Shown here in pieces: positions 11,787 through 23,848 of a DNA stretch of 48,749 bases. A program made the translations under genes and the position numbers. Below the pieces are notes generated by a model that did no database searches, was not told the DNA's origin, and was given only the letters and a program-made list of their open reading frames with translations. This DNA is from Chiloscyllium plagiosum (taxonomy: Eukaryota). The stretch is taken from the NCBI RefSeq assembly GCF_004010195.1, contig NC_057749.1, positions 15,627,690 to 15,676,438 on the forward strand, given 5' to 3'. Each line of letters opens with the position of its first letter. The first letter of the stretch is position 1.

Positions 11787-14700
11787 CATCTGCTCAGGGA
11801 GTCAAGGACAAGGTAATCTTAAAATCAGAGAGAAGTCGAGAGAATCACTGTAGATGTGTGGGAACATCCTCCCACAAACAGGAGGAGCTGCCAGCTCAAG
11901 AAATCATTTTTAAAATTCAAATTGATGTACATTTTCTAGCCATGCTTTATTAAGGGACGTGGAGCTAGCATGATCTCACTGAATGATGGAGTGGGTTCGA
12001 GTGGCTTCTCATGTCCCTATGATATATATATCCCCTTTCACCATGTGGAGAATATTTTGTATAATTCCATGAATTATTACTTGTACAGGCTTCGTTTTAA
12101 TTCTATTTTCACTGATTTGCAGCAAAGGAATTGTAGGTCCCACTGTGGCCTCTAATACCATTCAATTGAATGCAAAGAGGGGGAAAGGTGTGTTACAGGG
12201 AGCACCTTAGTGTTACAGTGAAATTCAGGTCATCTGGCATCTCAAGCTAAAATGCTTAACGACAACTTCTCTGAGGCCCTCCCCACTGAAAAAAACATGG
12301 TGCCTGTGATTGATGGATGTGGGTTCACAGAGGCATTTTCTAACCTGTTGCAAAATATATTCTTTCTTGTGAACCTGATGCACAACTCACCTGCATTCAT
12401 GCAAGCCTTATAAACTGCAAAAACAGTGTTACACGTTACAGGCAGTGCTTATTAAAACAGTAAAGATTCTTCTAGCAAAAGATCGAGGAGGTGAATCCAG
12501 TCTGTTTTCCACAGGAATTTATTCACAATACCCTGTACAACATAAGTGCAGGCTATTTTTCCCTTCCAGACACCAGCACCCCCCAGGTGGAAACTGGTAC
12601 ATATGTAATGAACCTGTTTGGACACATTATGACATTCTTCATACCTTTTGCTTTAGAGATAGGGAGACTACTACTACCCAGCAAGATCCCAGATATTTTT
12701 TAATTAATCTGTTTAGAGATATTTTGTCACGTGATCCCAGATTCTTATTGAATTCAGATTTCACTATCTGCATGGTGGGATTTAATTCATGTACTGGTAC
12801 ATAGGATTGATAGTCCAGTGACATTACCACGACACCATTGCCTGCCCATCCAAAAGATCACGAGCTGTATTCTCCAATCTGGATAAACTGCTGTCAATCA
12901 CAATTACAGCATGCGCACATACACATTCCATTGACACAGCATTTGCAACCTTGGGCTGAAGCCCTTAGAAAGACCTTAACTCAGATTGAATCAAAACAAA
13001 ATTAGGTTCTGATGGGAACGCTTCATTATCACTATGATAGCCGGATGGTGTCAAGTGTTTGTCTAGGATATTCGTGGCTATGGAAACACAATTGTGTTTT
13101 GAGCATAAGGCAACTTTGAATCAAATGTTACTGGCGTCACAATTATCATGTGAAAGACTCTGAGGAGTCTGTAAAAGAACTGGCTGCAATCAATCTCCCA
13201 AATACCTAAATTATTTACTGACATTTTTGATTTACTGGAACCACTTCATGCCGATGTGTGTCCCAATTTTTTTTATATAATTACTGAAAGCTCTCCTTTG
13301 ATTCGCACTGGATAGATCAACTAACCGTTTGTTTATTTGGTCAATTTTATAACGGAACAGAAGGCACATGTTGTCAGGTTCCCCTTTCTGGCAAGCAGCC
13401 CTGTGCTTTCACTGGGAATTATCTTGGCCAGCTCCATTAATGGCCCAGGAAATCCTACTGAAGGAGCATGCACTGTTACCAGCTCCATCTTTTAGATGAG
13501 ATATCAAATTGAGGGCCCTCTCTGTCATCAATATCCTCATCCCATGAATTAATGTTTAAAAAGTTAGGATTTATAGGTAGGAAGCAGAATAAAATGTTGT
13601 CTTGCTGGTTGGTTTTTTTCAATGAGGCTAATTGTCTATAACAAGTGTCTAGTTCCCCAAATTGGCTGTCCACGATTGACATTTTAACATCAAATTCAGG
13701 CCAGTTTGTTATATTTTTGGTGTGGAAATCTCTTCAGTGCTGGACCCAGGCTCCCCAAATTCATTTCATGCACAACCCTCACAGCAGACAGATCTTGATC
13801 CAGTAACTTGCTTTAGAGTTTAGATGTTTGTTGAAAGAATAGTGTCAACATTCAAATAATTAGTATAGTCATTCTGCTTCTTCTAGATCCAAAGATGTCG
13901 AAGTGGGGCTTGGGCAGAAAACAGGATCATAAATCCATCTTTCTATAATTGTCACTTTGTTTCCCCTCCTCTTAGCTCTCATGGAGCAGGTTATTAACTG
14001 GAAGTCAGGTGAACGGGCAATTTTATTTTCAAACATTATTTGTGCAAACGCTTATCACAAAAGCGAACAGTCATTTCCTCTTGCTACTCTGCCAGTACTG
14101 ATCTTGTTGGTTATTGGAGTCCAGAGTTGTAAGTCTGGTTGCTGTTAGCTGATCCTTTTATGGATCACTGTGGATCAACTTCACTTGACCAATGTTGCCC
14201 CTGGATTAGACACAACAAAATTTGACCTAGCTTCCAGCTCAACAGAGTTAATCTCTGTTGTAAAACTTCTTACTTTTGAAAAGCTTGCCAATACTCGATC
14301 TCTTCACTTGGGGATAAACATGTGAGCATTTGCCAATACAGCAACAGATGGAACTAAAGTAGCCAGTTTTCCTAACTTAAGCATAGAACAAGAATTCGAT
14401 TAAAAGTCACAAATATCAATCTAAATTTAGAAACCTAATTATCCTCCCACAACCCCAGAATATGTGCAAGAGGTGGGGAAAATGAATATTCCACAAATGC
14501 TGCTAGACATGCTGAATTTTTCCAGCAAGTTCTGGTTTGGTTTCTGATTTCCAGCATCTGCAGTTCTTTGATTTAAAAAAAAAAGTTTATTCTGCGTCAA
14601 TCAAATAAGATACTGAGCTGAAGAGTGGACAGCTTTTTTTCTCATCTTTTCCTTGAGGGATTGGGGCATATCAGAGAATGATGATGGTCACTGATGTACC

Positions 14701-17700
14701 TGAAATAGTGACTCAAGACAACGTAGAATTTGCTCAGTTGCTTTACAGAGTTTTGTTTCTCTCAGGTTTCCACCACCCGAAATGTTATCATCATGAGGGA
14801 CAAGGAGGGCAGACATTAGACTTTAGGGAGTGTGTGACTCTGTGTTTTGAATAAAGGAAAGTGTGGGATATTGTGGAACCTGCTTGATCTGCCTGAGAGC
14901 AAGGATGGGAGCATAGTGATCTTCCTACAGCAGTGAAAGGACATGACTGAGACAGTCATGGATGAAGGCTGAAGGAGGAGGCCTCCAATGGGTTGGGTGG
15001 TCATCTAATTCTAAGCTCCCAAAAAGTCCTACCTTCTATAACAAATGTAGGGGTAGCTGCTTGGTGGACAGAACTGGATAAAAAGAGACATGCTGTAGAA
15101 TGTCCTCATTTTGCACTCATCAGGACAGCCTCAAGAATGCAAAATTTCAAAAGAGCAGTCATTAATACTGCATGAGAAAAGGGAGCTGATTGGACAAGTC
15201 ATTGCCATGAAGATTGCACAAGTTTTTTGACCCCCCAGTCTTTTGTTTAATTTACAAAGAAAGGATGCCTGAACATATTCCCTAATCCCTTATCCCTTCA
15301 TTTAAATATGTGCAGCTTCCAGCAAGCATAATGAACCACAATGCAAACTCAACTGATGATCTTAAATCGGTTGTTAGTATAATTCTTAACATACTCTTCG
15401 TTGCCCAGCAACTATTGTCCAATTGCAAAATCGGTTTTAGCATTAGAATATAAGAGTGCTTTAGTTTTCTTATATAAAGGCAACTTTATCTGTGGCCCCT
15501 GAGTTCCATATGTACTGATTTTATTACACTTATTTCCGCACCTATTCAGGGCATGCAGCGCTCCTCATTGTGTTACAGCACGCCAAGTAGCTCTTCCCCG
15601 CAGGTAGCAACGGCACGAGCTGCAGAGCGGTGCGGACGGAGTCAGTGCTTCCCACAGGCAAGTCGTTGCCGCAGTGGCTATGCTGGGAAGGGTCAGGCAA
15701 CTCAGGGACCTGGACTTGCAACCTCAGAGGTGTAAAATAGACATGTTGCATAGTAAGGATTAGTTAAGACAAAAAGTACTTTGATCCATTGCGAGCAAAT
15801 GTCGAAAATTCAGTTGTTGGAACCTGATGTGTATGGGTGGGAGTGGGGTGGTTGGGCAGGGTTAGTTTGTCTGGTGTCTTGCTTTTGTAATGTTCCTTGA
15901 ATACACTGTTTTATTTCATGGGAAAACAACAACTGCTGCTCCACCAGCAGGAACTGGCAGGTAGCCATCCCTGTACTTAGCATGACTTGTTTAATTCTCA
16001 TCCCCTATGATTATCCCTTCATGTCCTGTAATATTATAGAATATTTTTCAGTTGGAGACAGTCACTCCCTGGTGGTGTCACTTAATTTATACTCTTGGGG
16101 TTGATACAGTCACCCAGTCATGCTTTTCCCCAATATTGCAATATTCCTATTCTGACAATCACACCAATGTTTGGGTGGTTGTTACATTCCAAAGGCCCAC
16201 ACAAGATGGATTACATTCTCTGCAACTACTTGTTTTGAACTCCCTATTAACTAAGTAAAACATTTCCCCTTTGCACTGTACAGGCACAAAAGCATTTTTT
16301 CAGTTTGACCATTCTGCTTCTTAGGTCACCGCATTTCAAATTCTTTTTAGGAATGCAGAACAACCTTTTTAAAATAAAGAAAGAAATGCATCCAGGGCAT
16401 GGTATGCCAAGTTCTGACCTGTGTTTAGAGATTCTAACTTGGGTGGTCAAACAGAATCTTAGAGACATAGATTTTCTTAGTGCAGAGAGTTTATTGATGA
16501 TACCAGTCCATCAGTTCTGTCCCAGTCCCAGCTGTTTCCCCACATGCTACATCAATACTTGATGTGGGATGTGATAGTGACCTTCAGTTTTATTTTAAAC
16601 AGATGTCACATCAATAACAGATCTTGCCTGCAGATTTAGTGCAACTCGTTGTCCCTTCCTCCAGCATCCTTGAGTAGGATTTTTAACTTGAGAAGATGAA
16701 TGGGAAAATTATCAGTCATAAAGCTACAATTATCTGTTTTTCACTTAAGTGCCTATTCCCAGATTTTTAATATTTTAATTAGAGAAGCATCATTAGACGA
16801 TTGCAATAATGTCCAGATTATACAAACTGTAAATTCACTTACTTCCCACAAACAATTACCTCATAGTATTCCATTATTCAGTTCTATTTGAGTCTTTACA
16901 TATGCAACCTGGCCAACAGCAACATTTCACTCAATACAACAGTTGTGCTAATAAAGTGGTTTACCCCAGTTATTTTACGTATAATTACAACTCTTTAGTG
17001 AATTTAGTTTATGGTCAGCCCCAAAGCTAATGCAGGTAGAATTCTCAAATTTCTTAACCCTTCTTTCGTCGTGATTGTTCAAAGAATCTGGGTAACATTT
17101 TAACCAATTCACTCTACAAACTTAGTGTGTACATCCACTATTCAACTGAGCGCAGTTGAATGAATGTGTGACTCGAAGATTCATTACTGGACTGAAGCTT
17201 CTTGTAACCAGTACAGTTTCTTCTGCCTGAACAGTCCCTTCATCATCTTCTGAATCTTTTGAACGTTTGTGTAATGTATCATTTCAAAAACTTGTTATTC
17301 TATTTCCAACAACTTATTGCATAATGATATTTAAAGTTGCATTTTAAAACTAGTTGACCATTCCCCAGGCATTCCTGGAGATCATTCTGATGTTATAGTT
17401 TCCCCAATTTGTTTTGTCTATCTAGTCACCATAAGTGTCTCTAACCTCACTCCTTCTGGGTACAATTCTTCTTGCACATTCATTCATGCATTCCACAACC
17501 AGATGGTCCTGAAAGGTTGTTAACATTGAATTTGCCATTTGTTTTACTACTGAATGTGCCTTTTGAGCCTTGAATGCTGATGGGACTGAATGTTTTCCCA
17601 GGAATTCTTGTTTGGGTTTCTAACATCTGTTCCAAAAGTGTCTTTCTTTTTGAAAATTTAATTCCAGTTAATACAAGGTGTTGAAGCACAACTCAGCACA

Positions 17701-18141
17701 GTCTAATCATTTAAATGGAAGTGCTGAGTTCGGACTCTCCTAATAGAATGTTTTCAATTTTGTTTAAAATCTGTTAAACTCCATGATACATTCTATAGAA
17801 TCATCATCCAGCTTACTAAATTTACCAGAGTCTGACCATACCTTGATTGCATTAAGTAGGTCATATTTCTTATAAACTTAGCTATACATTTTATTAGATT
17901 TGAAAATTTTCCAATTGTTGAGCAACACACTCTGCAAGTATTTTACACCTGATCCTACTTCAAATAAGAAGTGACAGAGCCTTGTTTTTTCTCTTAGTAA
18001 AGACATAACTTGTGTTCCCATATCCATCTCATTTTCCAATGATCATTACATTCAGCTTCATCAAATGTTGGTGAGAACCTGTACTCCAATGTATTACAAT
18101 GGGTTTCAGTCATTCGTCCCCTAGGTAACTCCAACTAAGTC

Positions 18142-19013
18142 TTGAATTAGAATATGAATGAAGGAGGTATGGTTTGCAGATGATACCAAATTGGCGATGT
18201 AGTGGATACTGAAGAAGGCTAACTCAGAGTACAACAGAACCTTGATCAGATGGGCCAATGGGCTGAGGAGTGACAGATGGCATTTAATTTAGATGATGTG
18301 AGGTGCTGCGTTTTGGAAAAGCAAATTAGGACAGGACTTATACACTTAATGGTGAGCTCCTGGAGTCACAGGTAGATGGATTAGTGAAGAATGCTTTTGG
18401 TATGCTTGCCTTTATTGGTCAGTGCATTGAGTATAGGAGTTGGGAGTTCATATTGCGGCTGTACAGGATCCTGGTTAGGCTACTATTGGAATACTGCGTG
18501 CAACTCTGGTCTCTCTGTTACAGGAAGGATGTTGTAAAACTTGAAAGGCTTCAGAACGGATTTACAAGGATGTTGCCAGGGTTCGAGGGTTTGAGTTATG
18601 GGGAGATTTTCCCCGGAGCGTCAGAAGCTGAGGCGTGACCTTATAGAGGTTTATCAAATCATGAGGGGCATGGATCGGGTAAATTGTGACAGTCTTTTCC
18701 CTGGGATGGATGGGTGGGGGGGGGGGTCCAAAACTAAAGGGCATAGGTTGAAGGTGAGAGGGGAAAGATGACCTAAGGGGCAACGTTTTCACACAGAGGG
18801 GATACGTGTATGGAATGAGCTGCCAGAGGAAGTGGTGGAGACTGGTACAATTGCAGCATTTAAAAGGCATCTGAATAGGTATATGAATAGGAAAGGTTTA
18901 CAAGGATATGGGCCAAATGCTGACAAATGGGACTGGATTCATTTAGAATATCTGGTTGGGCATGGATGAGTTGGGCCAAAGGGTCTGTTTCCGTGCTGTA
19001 TATCTCTATGACT
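18142..19013 (+). mobile_element. CR1/HER1-type LINE, 5'-truncated
   Basis: RT C-terminal motifs (ADDTK, LVRLLLEYCVQLWS, LERLQNGFTRMLPG); 3' tail TCTCTATGACT; TSD CTAAGTC at 18135-18141 and 19014-19020. Confidence 0.9.
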
Positions 19014-19080
19014 CTAAGTCATGGTTTCTAATCTCCACCTTTGGAAAGCGGCCCTCTCCTACCAAGCTGGCATTTTTAGT

Positions 19081-19117
19081 GCTCTGATGAAGAGTCATCT
19101 AGACTCGAAATGTTAGC
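19081..19117 (+). ncRNA. Minimal type I hammerhead ribozyme-like motif (Penelope-like terminal repeat)
   Basis: gct-CTGATGA-A-GAGTC(atcta)GACTC-GAAA-TGTT-agc: intact core, 5-bp stem II, short stem I. Confidence 0.55.
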
Positions 19118-19225
19118 TTGCTCTCTCCCCATGAATGCTGCCTGACCCGCTGTGATCTGCAGCCGTTTTTGTTTTTAGTTAAGATTCCAACATCTGCAGT
19201 AATTTGCTTCTTCTCCTATAAATGC

Positions 19226-19378
19226 TGTTAGATTCCAATCCGTCTGGTTTATTGATTGTACCAGTATGATAGCTCTCTCCCCCAATTCCAGATGTTCCCC
19301 CTTTATAAACACAGCTATCAATTAACTAATTAAACTACATTTTAAAAAAGATTATCTGTTTCCCTTTTAACCTTAACA
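19226..19378 (-). mobile_element. Putative 5' LTR of the Copia element
   Basis: Bounded by TGTTA...TAACA; TATA-like TTTATAAA ~19301 and minus-strand AATAAA 19248-19253; upstream of the PBS at 19049-19064. Confidence 0.55.
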
Positions 19379-20776
19379 ACTTGTACGTTAACAAACATGA
19401 AACACTCAGTTTACTGACCATTAATTTATCTCAATTTCAATATATTAATAGTTCATTGAAATTACATGGTTCCATTAGGAGTGTTTGTCAAATGATTTTA
19501 AAGAGAGTCCCTGACTAGCTGTTCACTTTCCTGCAGATATTCAGGAGGGTGTATGATTATTTCCAATCGTGTATCACTTTATGTTGTGCTTTGTACAGAA
19601 ATCAACAAATTACAATCTGACAATGTGTAAAAGAATAAACAAAATAAGAGTTAAAGAACCAGGTCTTTCTCGAACAGGAGAAGCCAGTGAGCTGCTAACC
19701 TAGCAGCACAATAGTAATTAGCCCCTAACTGACTGCAGGATATGCTTGCTTGGGCCACTAAACCACAGGGATGTAGTGGCACAAAACATTAGTGACTATA
19801 AACATCATGACTGTGGGGAACCATGGGCAAGTTGACAGCTAGTCAACAGTAAAATTGTTTCAAGCAGGGATTTAGCAAATCCAATCAATTATGGCAGCAA
19901 AATATATCTTACAATTATTAAGACATCTCAAATTGTATTTGCCTTGCATGTGTTGCAGACATGTTTGTATGTGCACAAACCGTTTATTTTCTGTCCTGAG
20001 TTTGAACAGCAAGAAATTGTATTGCTTCTTTGGAAATGTGTCACTCAATCTCTACTAATCATTGCAGGGATGCTATGTGTAAAATGTAACATGTAGCACC
20101 AAATTATACACAACAAGCAGACCCCAGTCTTCTCGTTTTAACAGAGTTGGTTGACCTTATTTTAGCCAACTGTTGAAGGCTCTTTGATTTCCTCAGCTTC
20201 CAAATCTTTGAGGAAGCAAATAAGGATGCTGTGTTTGCCACTCCTGGAATGTGTGCATGTGTGTTATTATCTCAAGATTTATGTACAGTTCACTGTCAGG
20301 TAGCCTGTTGAAATGCTCCAATGGACTCATGATGAAACACCATCTCTTATTTCTTTATCTCTCTCTCTTTCTTAATCCAAATCTTTTTCCTTTTTTTTAA
20401 ACCTGATCTGGTTCTAATCATCCTTCCTCCTCTATCAATTTCGGTCTTGATTGTTCAGCCCTCATTATTAAGGAGAGACACTGTAAATCCTGCTGTTTTA
20501 ATTCTCCGATGGCCCATTGCCCTCACATACCAGATTACCTCTAAGCCAGTGAGTTGCAGCACAAAGGTGCTGAAGGTTGTAGGAGGAATTCAAACTAATG
20601 GAGCACTGTCTGTGAGATGCACTGGACCAGTACACTAACAGAAAAGTGAAGCTATAAGCCTGAGCTATGCCTCAGCAATGACTGAGACACAGTTTAGAAA
20701 TAGGAGGACTCCTGTTTGGGATAGAGACAAGAAGTTTTTTTTCTCTGAGAGTCGTAAGCCTACGCAATTTGTTTCT

Positions 20777-21030
20777 TTAGAGACAGGCCATGTGGCCCAA
20801 CAAATCCACACTGATTCTCCGAAGAACATCCCACCCAGACCCATCCCCCTACCCTTGTAATCTTGTATTTCCACTGGCTATTGCACCTAATTTACGTAGC
20901 TTTGGCCTGTGGGAGGTAACCCACACAGACATGTAGAGAACGTGCAAAATCCACACAGACCATTGCCCGAAGGCAGAATCAAACCTCCGCCTCTGGCTTT
21001 GTGAGGCAGCAGTGCTAACCATTGAGCCCC
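20777..21030 (-). mobile_element. HE1-type V-SINE
   Basis: Same head, V-domain and tail as 4757-5060. Confidence 0.82.
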
Positions 21031-21395
21031 AGAAAGCATTGGAGGCTGTATCATAGAATATATCCAAGGCTGAGTTAGCTGGACTTTGATTGATTGATGA
21101 GGGAGTAGGGGATTATTGAAGACAGACAAGAAAGCAGAGCTAATGCCACAGTCAGATCAAGCTCAAGGGACTGAATGGTCTACTTCTCCTCTTAGTTTCT
21201 ATCTTGGTTATTAATATAATTTGTTTTGTATTTGTTTAAAATAGAACCTTGTAAGACTATATCCAGCAATAGGGTTAAGAGTTTGCCCAGTGCAAATATT
21301 AGTCTGAGGCTGGTGTTCTTCAAAGCTCCTTTGGTATGCTATACTTCCAGACTTAGTTATACCACACTGCTAATTAGCAACTTGTAATATTGCAG

Positions 21396-21530
21396 GTAGA
21401 TGTTCTCGAGTCCCAGTTTTCACAGCTCCTCCAGGAGATAAACTCTATCCGAGATTTCGAGAGCATTCGGTTGGCCCATGATCGCTTCTTGAGTAATCTG
21501 CTGGCTCAGTCCTTCATCCTCCTTAAACCG
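21396..21530 (+). CDS. TUBGCP4: TUBGCP4 coding exon (~exon 15), 135 bp
   Basis: attgcag|; VDVLESQFSQLLQEINSIRDFESIRLAHDRFLSNLLAQSFILLKP; |gtgagt. Confidence 0.96.
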
Positions 21531-21967
21531 GTGAGTACACTTTCCCTGAAAGCAAGGAACCTCGAGAAAACACAGGGGTTAGGCCTCAACTGGAGTACTG
21601 TGTTAAATTCCAGACTGCTACACCTAAAAAAGATGTCAAGGCCTTAGAGAGGAAAGATTTACTGGAATGCTACCAGTGGGGAAAGGCTTCAGTGACGAAC
21701 ATGATTGGAGAAGCTGGAGAAATTTAGATAAATGCTAAACAGTTTTGCTGGAGTGAATTTTTCAGTAGCCAGTGGACACAGATTTGGTACACAGTGCATC
21801 TATGATCAGCAGAGATGAAATGAGGGGACAAAAAGGTGAATTTATCCAATGAATTGTGATACAGGGCTCTGGGGAAAGAATTGTGCCACTTGAACAGCTG
21901 TCCCAAACAATTAGTTCAGTTTCAAATGGATCCAGTACAAATTCTAGAACGTGGAATTTTACTGTCT

Positions 21968-22560
21968 TATTCGTTCATGGGATGTCGGCATCACTACAAT
22001 TGCCATTAAGGTTGTGAGCTGCCTTCTTGAACAACTGCAGTCCATGAGCTGTAGGTAGCCCTACAGTTCTGTCAGGGAGGGATTTTGACCCAGTGACACT
22101 GAAGGAAAGGTGATATATTTCCAAGTCAGGATGGTGAGTGGCTTGAAGGGGAACTCACTGCTGGTGGTGTTCCCTTATATCTGCTGCCCTTGTCCTGCTA
22201 GATGGTAGTGGTATGGGTTTGGAACGTGTTGTCTAAGGACCTTTCATGAATTTCTGCAGGTGCATCTTGTAGATAGTACATATTGCTACTACTGAGCATT
22301 AGTGTTGGAGAGCATGGATATCTGTGTATACGATACCATTCAAGCAGGTTGCTTTGTCCCGAATGGTGTCAAGCTTCTTGAGTGTTGTTGGGGCTGCACC
22401 CATCAGGCAAGTGGGGAGTATTCCATCACACTCCTGACTTGTGCCTTATAAATGGTGAGCTTTAGAGTGGGAGGTAAGTTACTCACTGCAAAATTCCCAG
22501 CTTCTGTCCTGCTGTTTGAGCCGGTGTTAATATGGCTAAATAACAACCTGGTATGTTGGA
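21968..22560 (-). mobile_element. LINE (CR1/L2-group) 3' fragment sharing its tail with the 26150 SINE
   Basis: Reverse complement of ...CATCCCATGAACGAATAA tail; degenerate QVRSVMEYSP..W...APTTLKKLDTI motif on minus. Confidence 0.7.
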
Positions 22561-22871
22561 GATGCTTAGCAGGTCAGGGAGCATGTGTGAAGAGAGAAAT
22601 AGAGTTCACATTTCTGCTGATGACTTTAATTAGATCTGGGAGAAGTTAGAGTTTTCACAGTTTAATTACAGATTGGGAACCTAGAGAGAAAAAGAGTAGG
22701 AGGAGGGAGCAGAAAAAAAGTGTTCTGTGATAGGATTGGCACAGAGTGAGGAGATGTCAGGAGCAAAGAAATGGCAATTTGACAGATTTTCAGAACTCCA
22801 TCTCAGAGTACACTTTATTTCAACGAACAGAGAGCTTCTGACATTCACATACTTACTCCCATTCTCTACAG

Positions 22872-22988
22872 GTGTTCCATTGTCTGAATGAGATTCTCGA
22901 TTTATGCCATAACTTCTGTTCTCTGGTCAGTCAGAATCCAGGGCCGTTGGACGAACGTGGTAGCTCACAGTTGGAACTTCTTGTGACG
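22872..22988 (+). CDS. TUBGCP4: TUBGCP4 coding exon (~exon 16), 117 bp
   Basis: ctctacag|; VFHCLNEILDLCHNFCSLVSQNPGPLDERGSSQLELLVT; |gtgaga. Confidence 0.95.
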
Positions 22989-23479
22989 GTGAGACCAGCT
23001 GTAGACTATTGTTCCTTATGTGTGTGTCTAATTGCACCAGCTCCTTGTGCCTGAGCTCGATTCCTGATGGCTTTGAGCTGTGCTCTCGTACCTCTGTGCA
23101 TGCAAGTTCCATTCTTGAAAGTTAAGGCAAAATGTCTTCAACCTGCTAAGGTGGTTGTCAAAGATCCTTTGGTTGTATTTGAAGATGAGCAGAAGGTTCA
23201 CTGACCAACATTTCCCTCTGAACCAGCCTGAAGAAGGACAAACTGACTAACTGTTTTTATCATTTGCTGTTTTGGAGCACTTGCTGTGCAGAATTATCAA
23301 CAGCAGTGGTCATAATTATCATAACAATAGTCATTTATTAGGAAGTCCCTAAGGATCTAAATAAAGATGATTATTCATTTTATCCTCTTACCCACTCTTC
23401 CTCTCTCTTTCTCTCACTCTAGTATTTATGTTTCTACTGGTGTCTTTTTCTCTAACTTTCTCCCTCTCCCTTTTTTCTT

Positions 23480-23641
23480 CTGTCTCTCTCTCTCTTTCTT
23501 TCTCTCTGTCTCTCTCTCGCTCTCTGTCTCTCTCTCGCTCTCTGTCTCTCTCTCGCTCTCTGTCTCTCTCTCGCTCTCTGTCTCTCTCTCGCTCGCTGTC
23601 TCTCTCGCTGTCTCTCTGTCTGTCTTTCTCTCTCTCTCTCT
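23480..23641 (+). repeat. CT-rich micro/minisatellite (18-bp unit TCTCTGTCTCTCTCTCGC)
   Basis: Directly visible tandem array. Confidence 0.95.
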
Positions 23642-23848
23642 TTTAGAGTCTGGTCAATAAATCCAAGGTTAGAGCCACAGGTTATATTAGCACCAGAAGT
23701 CTGAGATCTCTGCAAACACATGGGAATTTAGTGGGGGTTTAATCATTACTTCTGGTGCTGATGAGTCCAGGGTAATTGTTTAAAAGCGCAGACTATCCTC
23801 CTTTTGGAATGCTGCTCATTTGTTTTCCTTTTTGTTGGTAAAACCTAG

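Larger units (their letters stand above)
16330..19378 (-). mobile_element. Decayed Ty1/Copia (GalEa-like) LTR retrotransposon: 5' LTR, PBS, gag, protease, integrase fragments; interrupted by CR1 and PLE insertions
   Basis: Broken minus-strand frames: MTETHCNTLEYRFSPTFDEAECNDHWK; VYKKYDLLNAIKVWSD...CIMEFNRF; LPFK*LDCAEL/LVLTGIKFSKRKTLLEQM; KCNFKYHYAISC (CCHC); SFNCAQLNSGCTH*VCRVNWLKCYPDSL (aspartic protease); KLKILLKDAG...CDICLK (integrase Zn finger). Confidence 0.8.

Noticed and set aside
23367..23721. ORFs with RERQRA / SLSVSL repeats
   Set aside because: Translations of the CT microsatellite
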